Part shown: positions 13,105 through 22,874 of the stretch, in pieces
Layout: each line of letters opens with the position of its first letter
How positions within the stretch are numbered: the stretch's first letter is position 1
Origin: an uncultured Planctomycetaceae bacterium
GTDB taxonomy: Bacteria > Planctomycetota > Planctomycetia > Pirellulales > PALSA-1355
Assembly: GCA_963785305.1 (NCBI GenBank)
Contig: CAWAUV010000007.1
Location: 1,696,001-1,760,000 of the forward strand
Reading direction: 5' to 3'
DNA: 64,000 nt
Translations under genes and position numbers: made by a program
The notes under the pieces: generated by a model
Database searches by the model: none
What the model saw: only the letters and a program-made list of their open reading frames with translations
What the model was told of the DNA's origin: nothing

Positions 13105-14177
13105 CAGCGCATGCGCGCCTGCGCCGCGCTCGGCCGAGCAGCTTGAGGGTCGTCGCCACTTTCGGGATTCGCCAAGTGCTGCGCGACCGATTGGAGATCG
13201 ATCACCATTTCGGCGGCGGTCTGATATCGCAAATCGGCGTTGAATTGCATCGCCCGCTGCACGGCGCCCACCACATAGCGTGGCAGATTGGGCTCGCGTT
13301 CGGTGATCGGCGTGATCTCGGTGAGGCTGGCCTTCGTGATCGGGTTGCGGCGATCGCGTCCCGGCTCGGGCAGCGGCGACACTCCGGTCAAAAGCTGATA
13401 ATACATGCAGCCGAGAAAGAACAAGTCGCTGCGCGGATCGTCGCGTTTCACGCCCGAATAACGCTCGAGCGCCGCGTATTGCACGGTGCGCGGGTTGGCG
13501 TTGGCCTCGTCCTCGCCTTCGTCGCCGCCCAGGCCGAAGTCCACGATCTTGGCCTGCCCCCGGGCCGAGAGGAGCACGTTCGAGAGCTTAAGATCGCGAT
13601 GCGAAATTCCGCGCTCGGCGGCATAGGCCAAGCCCCCGGCGATCTCGGTGATGAGTCGCGTCGATTCGGTGGGGTCGAACTTACCGCGCACTCGCGTGAA
13701 GTCGCGCAGGTTGCGACCTTCGACGAATTCGAGCGTAATGTAGGGTGTCTTGCCTTCTTTCGCCGCCTCGTAGGTGCGCACGATATTGGGGTGGTGGAGC
13801 GTCTCGCCCATTTTGCCTTCGCGGAAGAATCGATCCGACTCTTCGGGATCGTCGCAAAATCGGCGGCGGAGCACTTTCAGGGCGACAATCTCACCGGTGG
13901 TTTTATGCACGGCGCGATAGACGCGGGCAAATGAGCCGGTGCCCACGAGATACAGCACCTTGTAGTCGCCGAAGAAAAATCCGTCGACTTCACCGCGTAT
14001 CAGACGCTCGGCCTGGAAATTGGTGAGGAAGTCGCGCCGCAGGAGTTGCTGCAAAAACGCTTCGCCGTCGATCTCGCGATTCGGAATCTGTCCCCAAACA
14101 TCGGAAAGCTGGCGTTGATCGACCAGCCCAAGCTGCAAAGCACGCTGCGAAAGTTGTTCCGCGGTCAGTTGACCCAT
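13104..14177 (-). CDS. Hanks-type Ser/Thr protein kinase
   Basis: GTGSFARVY, VALK, HPNIV, HRDLKLSN, DFG, RSDLFFLG. Confidence 0.92.
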   Translation of the reverse strand: MGQLTAEQLSQRALQLGLVDQRQLSDVWGQIPNREIDGEAFLQQLLRRDFLTNFQAERLIRGEVDGFFFGDYKVLYLVGTGSFARVYRAVHKTTGEIVALKVLRRRFCDDPEESDRFFREGKMGETLHHPNIVRTYEAAKEGKTPYITLEFVEGRNLRDFTRVRGKFDPTESTRLITEIAGGLAYAAERGISHRDLKLSNVLLSARGQAKIVDFGLGGDEGEDEANANPRTVQYAALERYSGVKRDDPRSDLFFLGCMYYQLLTGVSPLPEPGRDRRNPITKASLTEITPITEREPNLPRYVVGAVQRAMQFNADLRYQTAAEMVIDLQSVAQHLANPESGDDPQAARPSAAQARMR

Positions 14178-14529
14178 GGCGACAGCTTCTCCCCGCGGCG
14201 TGGGGCAATTGAAGGTGGGAATCTGGGGGACGGCGCTTTTGCGGCGCAGGAGAGGGCGCTGTTCCGGCAAACGCCCTTGTGCATCTTACGCTAGCGCCGG
14301 CGCCGCTTCAACGCGGCGCGAGCTCAAACACGCTCCTGACGGCATTGTAACACGATGCTCATGGAGTGCGCGAGCCAGCAGCCGGAAAATACTCGTTCGC
14401 ACAAGCACCTGCCGGTCCCCGACCCGCGCTTCGGAAGGGCGCTTATTATCCCAACCCCGGACCCAGCCCGCGGCGCCGCTTTTTTCGGCCTAAATCTCAA
14501 ATCCTTTCTGGATTGCCCCTAGCTCGCCA

Positions 14530-14552
14530 GCCTGTTGAAATATTCAACAGGC
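14530..14552. terminator. Perfect hairpin GCCTGTTGAA-ATA-TTCAACAGGC (terminator or REP-like)
   Basis: 10-bp perfect inverted repeat just downstream of the minus-strand gene ending at 14575. Confidence 0.5.
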
Positions 14553-14574
14553 CGCGCCACGGCAGCCCGGCGCT

Positions 14575-14865
14575 TCAGCCGACATCGGCGTCGTCGAGCA
14601 ATTTGCGGAAGCCATCGCGTTCGCGGCGAGTCGCCTCCAGGTCGAACATCAGGTACTTCATATCGAGCCGCAATTGGCTAAGCGCGTCTTGCACCAAGTT
14701 CAAAATCCGTCGGCGGCGGCGAGTGCTGTCGAGCGTCTGCTGCACCAGCGGGGCAAGAGCGCGGCGAAATTCAAGCGGCAGAGCCTCGCAGGCATCGGCC
14801 AGTTGACGCAGGTCGGCCGGAATCTCGTCGGCGATCGGTTGCGCGGTCGGCGAAGTCTCGTTCAT
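14575..14865 (-). CDS. Small helical conserved hypothetical protein
   Basis: 96-aa ORF with coiled-coil-like LVQDALSQLRLDMKYLMFDLEATRRERD. Confidence 0.8.
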   Translation of the reverse strand: MNETSPTAQPIADEIPADLRQLADACEALPLEFRRALAPLVQQTLDSTRRRRRILNLVQDALSQLRLDMKYLMFDLEATRRERDGFRKLLDDADVG

Positions 14866-15202
14866 GGCGGCGTTCCTCGGGAGAAGGGTTTTGGGCAGCG
14901 TTCGACCGTTTGGTGAAGCAAGGGAAATGCACTCGCCATGCCACGGCCCATTCCGGCCGGCGCGCCAAGGACACCAACCCTTTGCCAGGTATTGACTTAC
15001 GCGTCATTTTCCTCCGGAGTCCCTCGGCCTCAAGCATTGAAAAAATTCACCACGCATTGATCTGGCGTCAGAATGCAACTGCCGTTACAAGAATGACTTG
15101 CGCACGAAAATCGCCCTAGCGACGCGGTGTTGCTCTTTGGCCACATGCGGTATCGCCGTCAACAGCAGGGAACTTCGTTTTCGCCTCTCGCCGAGCGAAT
15201 CC

Positions 15203-18200
15203 ATGAACCCGGTCGTCGTCAAGAGTACAAATCGCCAACAAGTGGAGACCTCTGCCCGGCGGTGGGCCGTGAGCATCGGCCCGGCCCTCGTTGCAATGCT
15301 CCTGGCCGCTCCCGCTCGAGCCGATTGGCGGGAGGAGTTCGAGGGGCCCGACGTCTCGTGGCATGAGGCCGGTGGCGACGCTCGTTATCGGATCGACCTT
15401 CGCCAGCGCGTCAACGTTGGCGCGCATGGCGGACAAGGCTGCGAGCGTTGGCGAGTGGTGGCCAGCGATGGCGCCGCGGTGTATCTCAAACACGACTCGC
15501 CGCCTGCCCGTGTGATCTCCGAATTTGCGGCGAGTGTGTTCGTCAAATCGGAGCGGCCCGGCTTGCAGCTTTTTGTGCGCAGTGGTGCTGCCGCGGAGCC
15601 GCGACCCTCGCACCGGCGGCCCGCTTACCGCGCTGCTCGCGGGCTCGGGCTACACGCAAGCCGGCGCGTGGCAGCAACTTCGCGTCGACAATTTGCCGCA
15701 AACGCTCGAGCGCCAGTTGCGCGTGCTTCGTTCGCAGTTTGGACCGAATGTCGATGGCCGCGAATCGTACGTCGATCAGATCGTGATGAACATCTATGGC
15801 GGCCCGGGCGTGACCGATGTGTTGATCGACGATCTCGAGTTGCAAGGCGCCGTGGGCGGCGCGGCGGTGGCAATGGCGAGCGAGCCGCCCAATGGCCGCC
15901 CCATCACCCGCCCCGCTAGTTTAGAGCGCGCGGGCTTGGGCGTCGGGCCCGGCGGTGGCGTTGAGTCGGGCTCGCCGCGCGACGGCGCCCCGCCCTCGCG
16001 CATGCCGGAAATCTCGCTCCGCGGAGCGCTCCTCTCGGTGGAAAACAAACCGTTTTTTCCACGCGTCATCGCCTACCAGGGCGAGCCGCTGGCTCGGCTT
16101 CGATCCCTCGGTTTCAACACGGTGCGGTTCGCCCAGCCGCCCACGCCCGATCAACTTGGCGAGGCGGCGCGGATCGGGCTGTGGATCGTGTGTCCGCCGC
16201 CAGCGGCGGTGTTGGCCACCGAAGGCGATGCCCGGCCGCCGCGAATCTCAACGGAATACGATGCGGTCTTGGCTTGGGAACTTGGCGCCGGTCTCACGGC
16301 GGCCGATCTCGACCGCATGCGGCGGACTACCAAGCTGCTCCGCGCCGCCGATCCGCGCGACCGGCCGATCGTCGGCGGCGTCGAAACCGAGCTGCGCGAA
16401 TTCAGCCGGCTCATGGATGTGCTGCTTGCCGAACGGCCAGTGCTCGGCACAAGTTTGGAGCTCGCTGGCTATGCCCAGTGGCTGAGAGACCGGCCGGTGC
16501 TCGCGAGGCCAGGCACTCCGATCTGGGCCGGAGTGCAAACCCAGCCGCTGGCCCGCCAGCAGGAGCAGGCCAATCTGATCGCCGGCCGCTCCGTGGCGAT
16601 CGATCGGGTGCAAGACGAACAAATTCGCCAAATGGCGTTTACGGCTCTGGCCGCCGCGCCGGCGGGTTGCTTTTTCAATCGGCCACGCCGCTCGACGCCG
16701 AAGATACCGCCACCAAGCGGCGAGCCGAATCGCTCGAACGTCTGAACCTGGAGCTCGACGTGGTTGAGCCATGGGCCGCCGCCGGAAGCTTCGTAACCAG
16801 CGCCACCGCCCACGATGGCCAAATGCAAGCGGTCGTGATCCAAACCGAACGCGGTCGTTTGATGCTGCCGCTGCGCACGGCCGGCGAAAGCCAACTCGCG
16901 CTCGGCACAAGCACCGCGGCCAATGTGCAATACATTGTGCCCGGCGTGCCCGAGGCCAACGAAGCATGGGAGCTGAACCCGGCCGGCTTGCGTCCGATGG
17001 TGCATCACCGCGTCGCCGGCGGCCTGGGGCTCACGCTCACTCCCGGCCAAGTGGGCACCCTGGTCGTGCTCACCCAAGACGCGCTTGTCGTCGATTATCT
17101 CTCGCGCCGCACAGCCGAGCTTGCCACGCGAGCCACGTCGCTCGAGCGAGATCTGGCCCAACGGCAGTTTCAATTCGTTGAATCGCTCGAGCAGCAGATG
17201 ACGAGTCTGGGCCGAGCGTTGCCATCGCTTAAGTTTTCCATCGCCGCCGCGCGCAGGCGCCTTGGCCGAAGCCGAGGCCGGGGCCGCGGGGCAGCAGTCG
17301 ACCCTCAATAGCTTTCTCGCCTCGCGGCGGGCGATCGAGAATCTGCTGCTGGTCGAACGCGCCTACTGGGAGCAAGGCGCCACGTTTTCGCACAACTGGC
17401 TCGCGAGTCCGCTGGCCACGAACGTGGCCACTATTCCCGAGCAATGGCTCTTCGCCACCGATCTGCCCGGCCATCGCGTGGGCCCCAACTTGCTCACGGC
17501 GGGCGACTGCGAAAATGTGAGCGAGATGACCCAGGCCGGCTGGAGGCTATATCAACATCCAACGCCCGGTGCGACGAGCGAATTGATCCTATCGACGAAG
17601 ACCCCCAAGATTCCGAAGCCCAAGCCGCCGAAGCCGGGCGAAGTGGTCAAGCCGCCCACGCCAGCCGCGCTCGAAGCGCAGCTCAAGGCGGCCACCGCCG
17701 CCGCCGCCGCGGGAGTATTTGCCGGCAATGCCTCGATCCATCTCAAGGCCCGGCCGGCGGTCAAGGACGATGGCCCCGCGCCGGTTTTCGAGACCGCGCC
17801 GCTTTGGTTGACGACTCCGCCCGTGTCGCTGGCGGCGGGATCGCTGGTGTGGGTGCATGGCTGGGCTCGGATGCTGCAACAGCCCATTGGCAACGCCGAC
17901 GGATTCTTGATCCTCGAGTCGATCGGCGGCGAAGCCCTGGCCGAACGGTTCGCGCCCGACGCCCGGCTGGAAAGACGCCGAGCGGGCCCGTCGCGGACAG
18001 AAGCCGTTGCCGGCGCAAAAGAAAACTCCACAAGACGACTGGAAGGAGTTCTCGCTCTATCGGGTCGCCCCGATGCCGGGCCATTTACCGTGACGTTTGC
18101 CCTTTGCGGCCTGGGCGATGTGTGGCTCGATGAGCTTTCGGTGCAAGTGATCGAGCGCTCGGGTCCCTTGCCCCCCGTGCCGGCCAACGCCACGGCGCCC

Positions 18201-18224
18201 GACTGGCTGCGAATCAAACGCTAG
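15203..18224 (+). CDS. Large secreted hypothetical protein, putative glycoside-hydrolase-like barrel plus CBM-like domains (split by about 3 indels)
   Basis: Signal peptide (LLAAPARA); coding pieces in ORFs 15098.., 15525.., 16181.. and 17262..; PFFPRVIAY...LGFNTVRF...LAWELG segment. Confidence 0.7.
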
Positions 18225-18251
18225 CGCACCCTCCCACGCCGAGCGCTCCCA

Positions 18252-18275
18252 CACAAGCCTGAAGCGCCAGCGAAG
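18252..18275 (+). repeat. REP-like dispersed repeat, copy 1
   Basis: CACAAGCCTGAAGCGCCAGCGAAG; exact reverse complement at 34173-34196. Confidence 0.75.
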
Positions 18276-18433
18276 CCCCGCCCACGCGCCGTGCGGCGTT
18301 TTTACTGCGAGCGAATGATTTCTTCGATCGCGCGCCTGGCGGAGGAACCGGGCGCTTTAGCATCTTCCGCGGCGCATCCTTGGCTAGCGGTTCAGGCATG
18401 GTTGAGCGACGCTTGGCGCCTCATGGCGTCGCC

Positions 18434-19177
18434 TCATTTCATTGCCGTGATTCGCGCCGGCAGCGGCAGTTCGATCGTGAACTGCGTGCCGTGGCCCACT
18501 TCGCTCTGCACACTGATCTGGCCGCCGTGGGCTTCGATAATCTTGCGCGTCGTCGGCAGGCCCAGGCCCGATCCGCCCGGCTTGGTCGAGAAGAAGGCGT
18601 CGAACAAGTGGGCCTTGGTGTGTTCGTCCATGCCCAGACCGGTATCGATCAGGTGGAGCACCACGCCGACCGCGGTTTGCTTGGTGCGCAAGACAAGCTG
18701 GCCACCCTTGGGCATCGCTTGCTGAGCGTTGAGAATCAGATTGATCAGCGCGCCGTGAAAACTCTCGCGGTCGAGCACCACGCTTGGCAGGTCGGGATCG
18801 AGATACGACACGACTTCGATTCCCGCGGCGCGGGCCTGGGGATCGAAAAACTCGAGCACCCGGCGAATCTCGCCGTTGAGGTCCGTGGGCTCCAGCTTCA
18901 GGCTGCGAATCTTGGCGAAGCTGAGGAAATTGTCGAGTAGATTTTGCAAGCGATCGCATTCTCGCTGCACGGTGTCGATCTTTTGCGCGGCGCGGCGGTC
19001 GCGCACATTTTGCGAGCCCTCGAAGTCCTCGGCCAAAAGCTCCATGTTGAGCCGAATCGTCGACAGCGGATTTTTTATCTCGTGCGCGAGCGCGCCGGCC
19101 AGCGCGGCGATCTCGGTGTATTGCTCGACCAACCGGCGGTTGACTTCCTCGGGCGAGGGCGGATGCGGTTTTTTCAT
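18434..19177 (-). CDS. Sensor-less histidine kinase (HisKA + HATPase)
   Basis: LAHEIKNPL H-box, NLILNA N-box, DTGLG, FFSTKPGGSGLGL. Confidence 0.93.
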   Translation of the reverse strand: MKKPHPPSPEEVNRRLVEQYTEIAALAGALAHEIKNPLSTIRLNMELLAEDFEGSQNVRDRRAAQKIDTVQRECDRLQNLLDNFLSFAKIRSLKLEPTDLNGEIRRVLEFFDPQARAAGIEVVSYLDPDLPSVVLDRESFHGALINLILNAQQAMPKGGQLVLRTKQTAVGVVLHLIDTGLGMDEHTKAHLFDAFFSTKPGGSGLGLPTTRKIIEAHGGQISVQSEVGHGTQFTIELPLPARITAMK

Positions 19178-19302
19178 GGACTCGAGTAATGCGTGTTTTT
19201 CAGGTTCGTGGAGTTTGAGCGTTCACGGCCGGGGAACTAAACTGAAACAGTCGATCGCCGAGAAATTCCTTTCCCCCGCCTGCCGGTTCAGAAAAAACAC
19301 CC

Positions 19303-20484
19303 ATGTTCTTCCCCTACGGAACCGACGCCCCGGTGTACTACTTTCCCTGGGCGACGATCGGCATCATCGTACTAAACGTCGTGATGTTTGCCATCACCGG
19401 CGGGGAGCCCTTGGCTACCGACGGTTGGGAGCTCGCGTTGGGAGAAGGGCTTCATCCACTCCAATGGGTGAGCAATAACTTTCTCCACGCCGATCTGGTC
19501 CATCTGCTGGGCAACATGGTCTTCCTCTGGAGCTTCGGCCTGGTGGTCGAGGGCAAGCTCGGCTGGCGCCGGTTTTTGCCGCTCTACCTGGGCATCGGCG
19601 TCGTTTATAGCCTTCTGGTGCAGACCGCGATGCTCGGTAGCCAAGCGGCGCCTCCGTTCACCGTGGGACTCGCCGAGCCGCCTCAGGTCCATCGCGGCGC
19701 CTTGGGAGCGTCGGGCGTTGTCTTCGGACTCATGGCCATCGCGCTCGTGTGGGCCCCCAGCAACCATTTTAACTGCGTGCTTTGGATCAGCCGCGTCGTG
19801 TTTTTGAATGTGTCGGTCCTCACATTCGCATTCATCTATATTGTGATCGAATTCGGCTTCGCGTTGTTCCACAACTTCGCCTTCAACACCGAAAGTCTGC
19901 ATCTGACCGGAGCCGCGGTGGGAGCCGTTGTCGGTGTGGTGATGTTGCGTCGCGGCATGGTCGACTGCGAGGGCTGGGATATTTTCGAAGTCATTCGCGG
20001 CCGCGCCGGTGACGTGCCGCTCGAAGAAACGCCCGCCCCGCCGCCGCCCGACCCCGCTCAAGAAGCCGCGCGCCGCGACGAATCTCTCGCGGCGATTCGC
20101 GGTTTTCTCGCCGCCGGCAATGCGATGGCCGCCCTGAAGCTGAGCCAAAAGCTCAGCGAGCAGGATTCCGAATGGCACTTGCCCGAGGCCGAACTTGTCG
20201 CGGCGATCAAGCTATTGCACGGCGAAAAGAATTGGGCGGCTTCGATCGAGCCGATGGCCGAGTTTGTGCGGCGATTTCCGGAGAAGTCGGCGTCGGTGCG
20301 GCTCAAGCTCGCGCAACTCTTGCTGATCGAGCCCGCGAGGCCTTTTCGCGCCTTGGCCGTGCTGGAGAAGATTCCGGCCGGCTCGCTCCCGGCCGCGCAA
20401 GAAGAACTCCAACGCCGCCTCGTGGCCCAGGCCCAGCGCCTAGCGGAAGACGCCGACTTGGAATTGGCCGAAGACGAGTGGTGA
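19303..20484 (+). CDS. Rhomboid intramembrane serine protease with C-terminal helical/TPR-like extension
   Basis: FLHADLVHLLGNM, GASG catalytic Ser, HLTGAAVG catalytic His, several TM helices. Confidence 0.92.
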   Translation: MFFPYGTDAPVYYFPWATIGIIVLNVVMFAITGGEPLATDGWELALGEGLHPLQWVSNNFLHADLVHLLGNMVFLWSFGLVVEGKLGWRRFLPLYLGIGVVYSLLVQTAMLGSQAAPPFTVGLAEPPQVHRGALGASGVVFGLMAIALVWAPSNHFNCVLWISRVVFLNVSVLTFAFIYIVIEFGFALFHNFAFNTESLHLTGAAVGAVVGVVMLRRGMVDCEGWDIFEVIRGRAGDVPLEETPAPPPPDPAQEAARRDESLAAIRGFLAAGNAMAALKLSQKLSEQDSEWHLPEAELVAAIKLLHGEKNWAASIEPMAEFVRRFPEKSASVRLKLAQLLLIEPARPFRALAVLEKIPAGSLPAAQEELQRRLVAQAQRLAEDADLELAEDEW

Positions 20485-20623
20485 GAGGGACCAACGTCGC
20501 GCACAACGAAACCTCATTGCCGAAGGCCCCCGGGCCAATGCGAACCGTTCCACGGGTGCGCCTACTTGCGCGCGTAAGTTGTGTTAGTCTGGAACGGCTC
20601 CGCGGGAAATCAAAGGGGTCAGG

Positions 20624-22559
20624 GTGCGCCGGCGCGAAGCCGGAGGAGAGTCGCGAATGAAAGAGTCGCACGAGGCAAGGCCTAGCCAGCCACCTCGGCC
20701 TCGAGTGATGCGTCGTGTCGGGCAACTGGCAGGGCGAAGCGTTCACAGAGGCACGGCCGGGCGGTGTATCGAGCTCCGAAAACATTCTTTTGCGGTGGCC
20801 GACCTTGTCCTGACCCCGTCGCTCGATTCATGCGGGAAGGCAACAGTGATGTCGAACGATCATGGCGAGTCCGACGTCTCCCCCACGGAGTCCGGGACCA
20901 CCCGCACGGCCGGAAACTTTTCTCGCGGAAGCCGGGAGATCCCGGGAACATCCGCTTCACCGGAAGCGGATCGGTCGGAGAAGGCGCGAGGCCACAAGTC
21001 CGACATGCACGTTCCCGGGGAGTCAGACAGTTCCATAGTACCAAAGAAGCAGGCGAACAACGACAGCGTGCCGCTGTCGGCGGAGCCCGTGGAGGGAAGG
21101 GAACTGACCGAGGAGAACGCCGAGCAGTCGCTACTGGACCGGACACAGCGCCGGGCTCCCAGGTCGCGCGGACTGCTGGGCGTGCGAGAAGCGGCACAAC
21201 GCGACAAGAAGATGCGGTTCAACAATCTGCTGAACCATGTCACGCCCGAACTGCTGGTGGCGAGTTTCTTCGACCTGAAGAAGCAAGCCGCGCCCGGCGT
21301 CGATGGCCTGACATGGGCTCAATACGCCACCGATTTCGAAACGCGGATCGACGATCCGCACAGTCGAATCCATCGGGGAGCCTATCGAGCCAGGCCGTCC
21401 AAGCGAACTTGGATTCCCAAGCTCGACGGCAAGCCGCGGCCCCTCGGGATCGCGGCGCTGGAGGACAAGATCGTCCAGCAAGCCGTACGGACGATCCTGG
21501 AGTGCATCTACGAAGAGGACTTTCTGGGTTTCAGTTACGGCTTTCGTCCTGGACGAAGCTGTCACCGAGCCTTGGACGCGCTCTACGTGGGCATCAAGAA
21601 GCGGAAAGTGAACTGGATTTTGGATGCGGACATCCGCGGCTTCTTCGACAACATCGACCACGCATGGTTGATGAAGTTCCTGGAGCATCGGATCGCCGAC
21701 CGACGACTGCTTCGGCTGCTGAAGAAATGGCTTCGAGCCGGAGTGTCGGAAGATGGCGAATGGTCCCCGAGCACCGTGGGAACACCTCAAGGAGCGGTGA
21801 TTTCGCCGCTCTATTCGAACGTGTTCTTGCACTATGTTCTGGACCTGTGGCTGGTGGCGTGGCGGAAACGCCATGCCGTGGGCGAGGTCATCATCGTGCG
21901 CTATGCGGATGATTTCGTAGTCGGATTCCGCGAGGAGTCCGACGCGCGACGCTGCCTGGCGGCGCTCCGGGAACGCTTCACCAAATTCGGTTTGGAACTG
22001 CACCCGGAGAAGACGCGGCTGATCGAGTTCGGACGCTATGCGGCCGAACGACGATCGAAGCGTGGCGATGGCCCACCGGAGACATTCGACTTCCTGGGCT
22101 TCACCCACATCAGTGGCGTGACCCGGAAGGGCGAATTCACCATTCGCCGCATCTCATCGGCCAAGAAGTTTCGTGGCAAACTGCGCGAACTGAAAGAAGC
22201 GCTGCGCGGGAAAATGCACATGGACTTGGCGCAAGTCGGGCCATGGCTATCGAGCGTTTACCGGGGATGGCTCAATTACCATGCGATTCCCGGCAACTCG
22301 GTGCGATTGCAACAATTCCGCACGGCGCTCCAGAAACTCTGGCTCCGCATGCTGCGGCGACGCAGCCAACGCGGACGCCGGATGACCTGGCGGAAGTTCT
22401 CGCAGCTTTGCAAACGATGGCTTCCCACCCCGAAAATCCTGCATCCTTATCCCGAAGTGCGGTTTGATCGTTTGTATCCAAGGTAGGAGCCGTATGCGGT
22501 AGTTCCGCACGTACGGATCTGTGCGGGGGGTGGCCCGAAAGGGCCATCCCTACCGCGAT
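20624..22559 (+). mobile_element. Group II intron (complete, RT-encoding, no endonuclease domain)
   Basis: 5' GTGCG at 20624; domain V GAGCCGTATGCGGTAGTTCCGCACGTACGGATC just after the ORF stop; domain VI GGGTGGCCCGAAAGGGCCATCCCTACCGCGAT ending in AT at 22559; EBS1-like GTCCTGACCCC (20807-20817) complementary to the exon junction. Confidence 0.93.
21005..22486 (+). CDS. ltrA: Group II intron reverse transcriptase/maturase (start uncertain)
   Basis: APGVDG, RPLGI..LEDKIVQ, SYGFRPGRS, DADIRGFFD, GTPQGAVISP, RYADD, FDFLGF, X domain; no HNH domain. Confidence 0.95.
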   Translation: MHVPGESDSSIVPKKQANNDSVPLSAEPVEGRELTEENAEQSLLDRTQRRAPRSRGLLGVREAAQRDKKMRFNNLLNHVTPELLVASFFDLKKQAAPGVDGLTWAQYATDFETRIDDPHSRIHRGAYRARPSKRTWIPKLDGKPRPLGIAALEDKIVQQAVRTILECIYEEDFLGFSYGFRPGRSCHRALDALYVGIKKRKVNWILDADIRGFFDNIDHAWLMKFLEHRIADRRLLRLLKKWLRAGVSEDGEWSPSTVGTPQGAVISPLYSNVFLHYVLDLWLVAWRKRHAVGEVIIVRYADDFVVGFREESDARRCLAALRERFTKFGLELHPEKTRLIEFGRYAAERRSKRGDGPPETFDFLGFTHISGVTRKGEFTIRRISSAKKFRGKLRELKEALRGKMHMDLAQVGPWLSSVYRGWLNYHAIPGNSVRLQQFRTALQKLWLRMLRRRSQRGRRMTWRKFSQLCKRWLPTPKILHPYPEVRFDRLYPR

Positions 22560-22870
22560 ACTCATTGATTGGCGTATGGTCGAGAGCCATGCCGGAAAAA
22601 TGCGACTTGCGGACGACCACGAGGTTGCGGGGTCGAGTTTAGCCGCGGGCGCCTTACCGTCGCTTCGGTCCAAGTCGGCTCGCCGGAGGGAGTCCCTCGC
22701 GGAGCGCCGCAGCGAGCTCTCGTTCCGCTAGCGGCGCCAGTGACTGGGCATCAACTGGTAAGCGAACAACCCGCCGGCATGCCGCGCGAGCCCTTCACCG
22801 AGCACTCGCTCGAAGGCTTCGTAATCCGCGTCGTTGCGGAAAATCTTGGCCCGGGCCAGCAACGGCACGA
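22560..22870 (-). pseudogene. Internally deleted REP-associated tyrosine transposase (RAYT, Y1/IS200-like) remnant
   Basis: Minus-strand translation gives ARAKIFRNDADYEAFERVLGEGLARHAGGLFAYQLMPSHW (RAYT N-terminal part), joined to RGTPSGEPTWTEATVRRPRLNSTPQPRGRP (RAYT C-terminal part); its TGA overlaps AATGAGT|CCTGACCCCTTT. Confidence 0.75.
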
Positions 22871-22874
22871 TGGA

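Noticed and set aside
20556..20560. Alternative intron 5' end at GTGCG 20556
   Set aside because: Only the GTGCG at 20624 is preceded by sequence complementary to the EBS1-like loop and restores the hairpin target
20624..21004. 620-aa RT ORF starting at the first intron base
   Set aside because: The N-terminal 127 codons run through ribozyme domains I-III, and an open frame there is plausible by chance at high GC
21005..22486. RT as part of a retron, DGR or CRISPR-RT system
   Set aside because: Domains V/VI, the X domain and RT0 motifs identify a group II intron; no TR/VR pair, msr-msd or cas genes were seen
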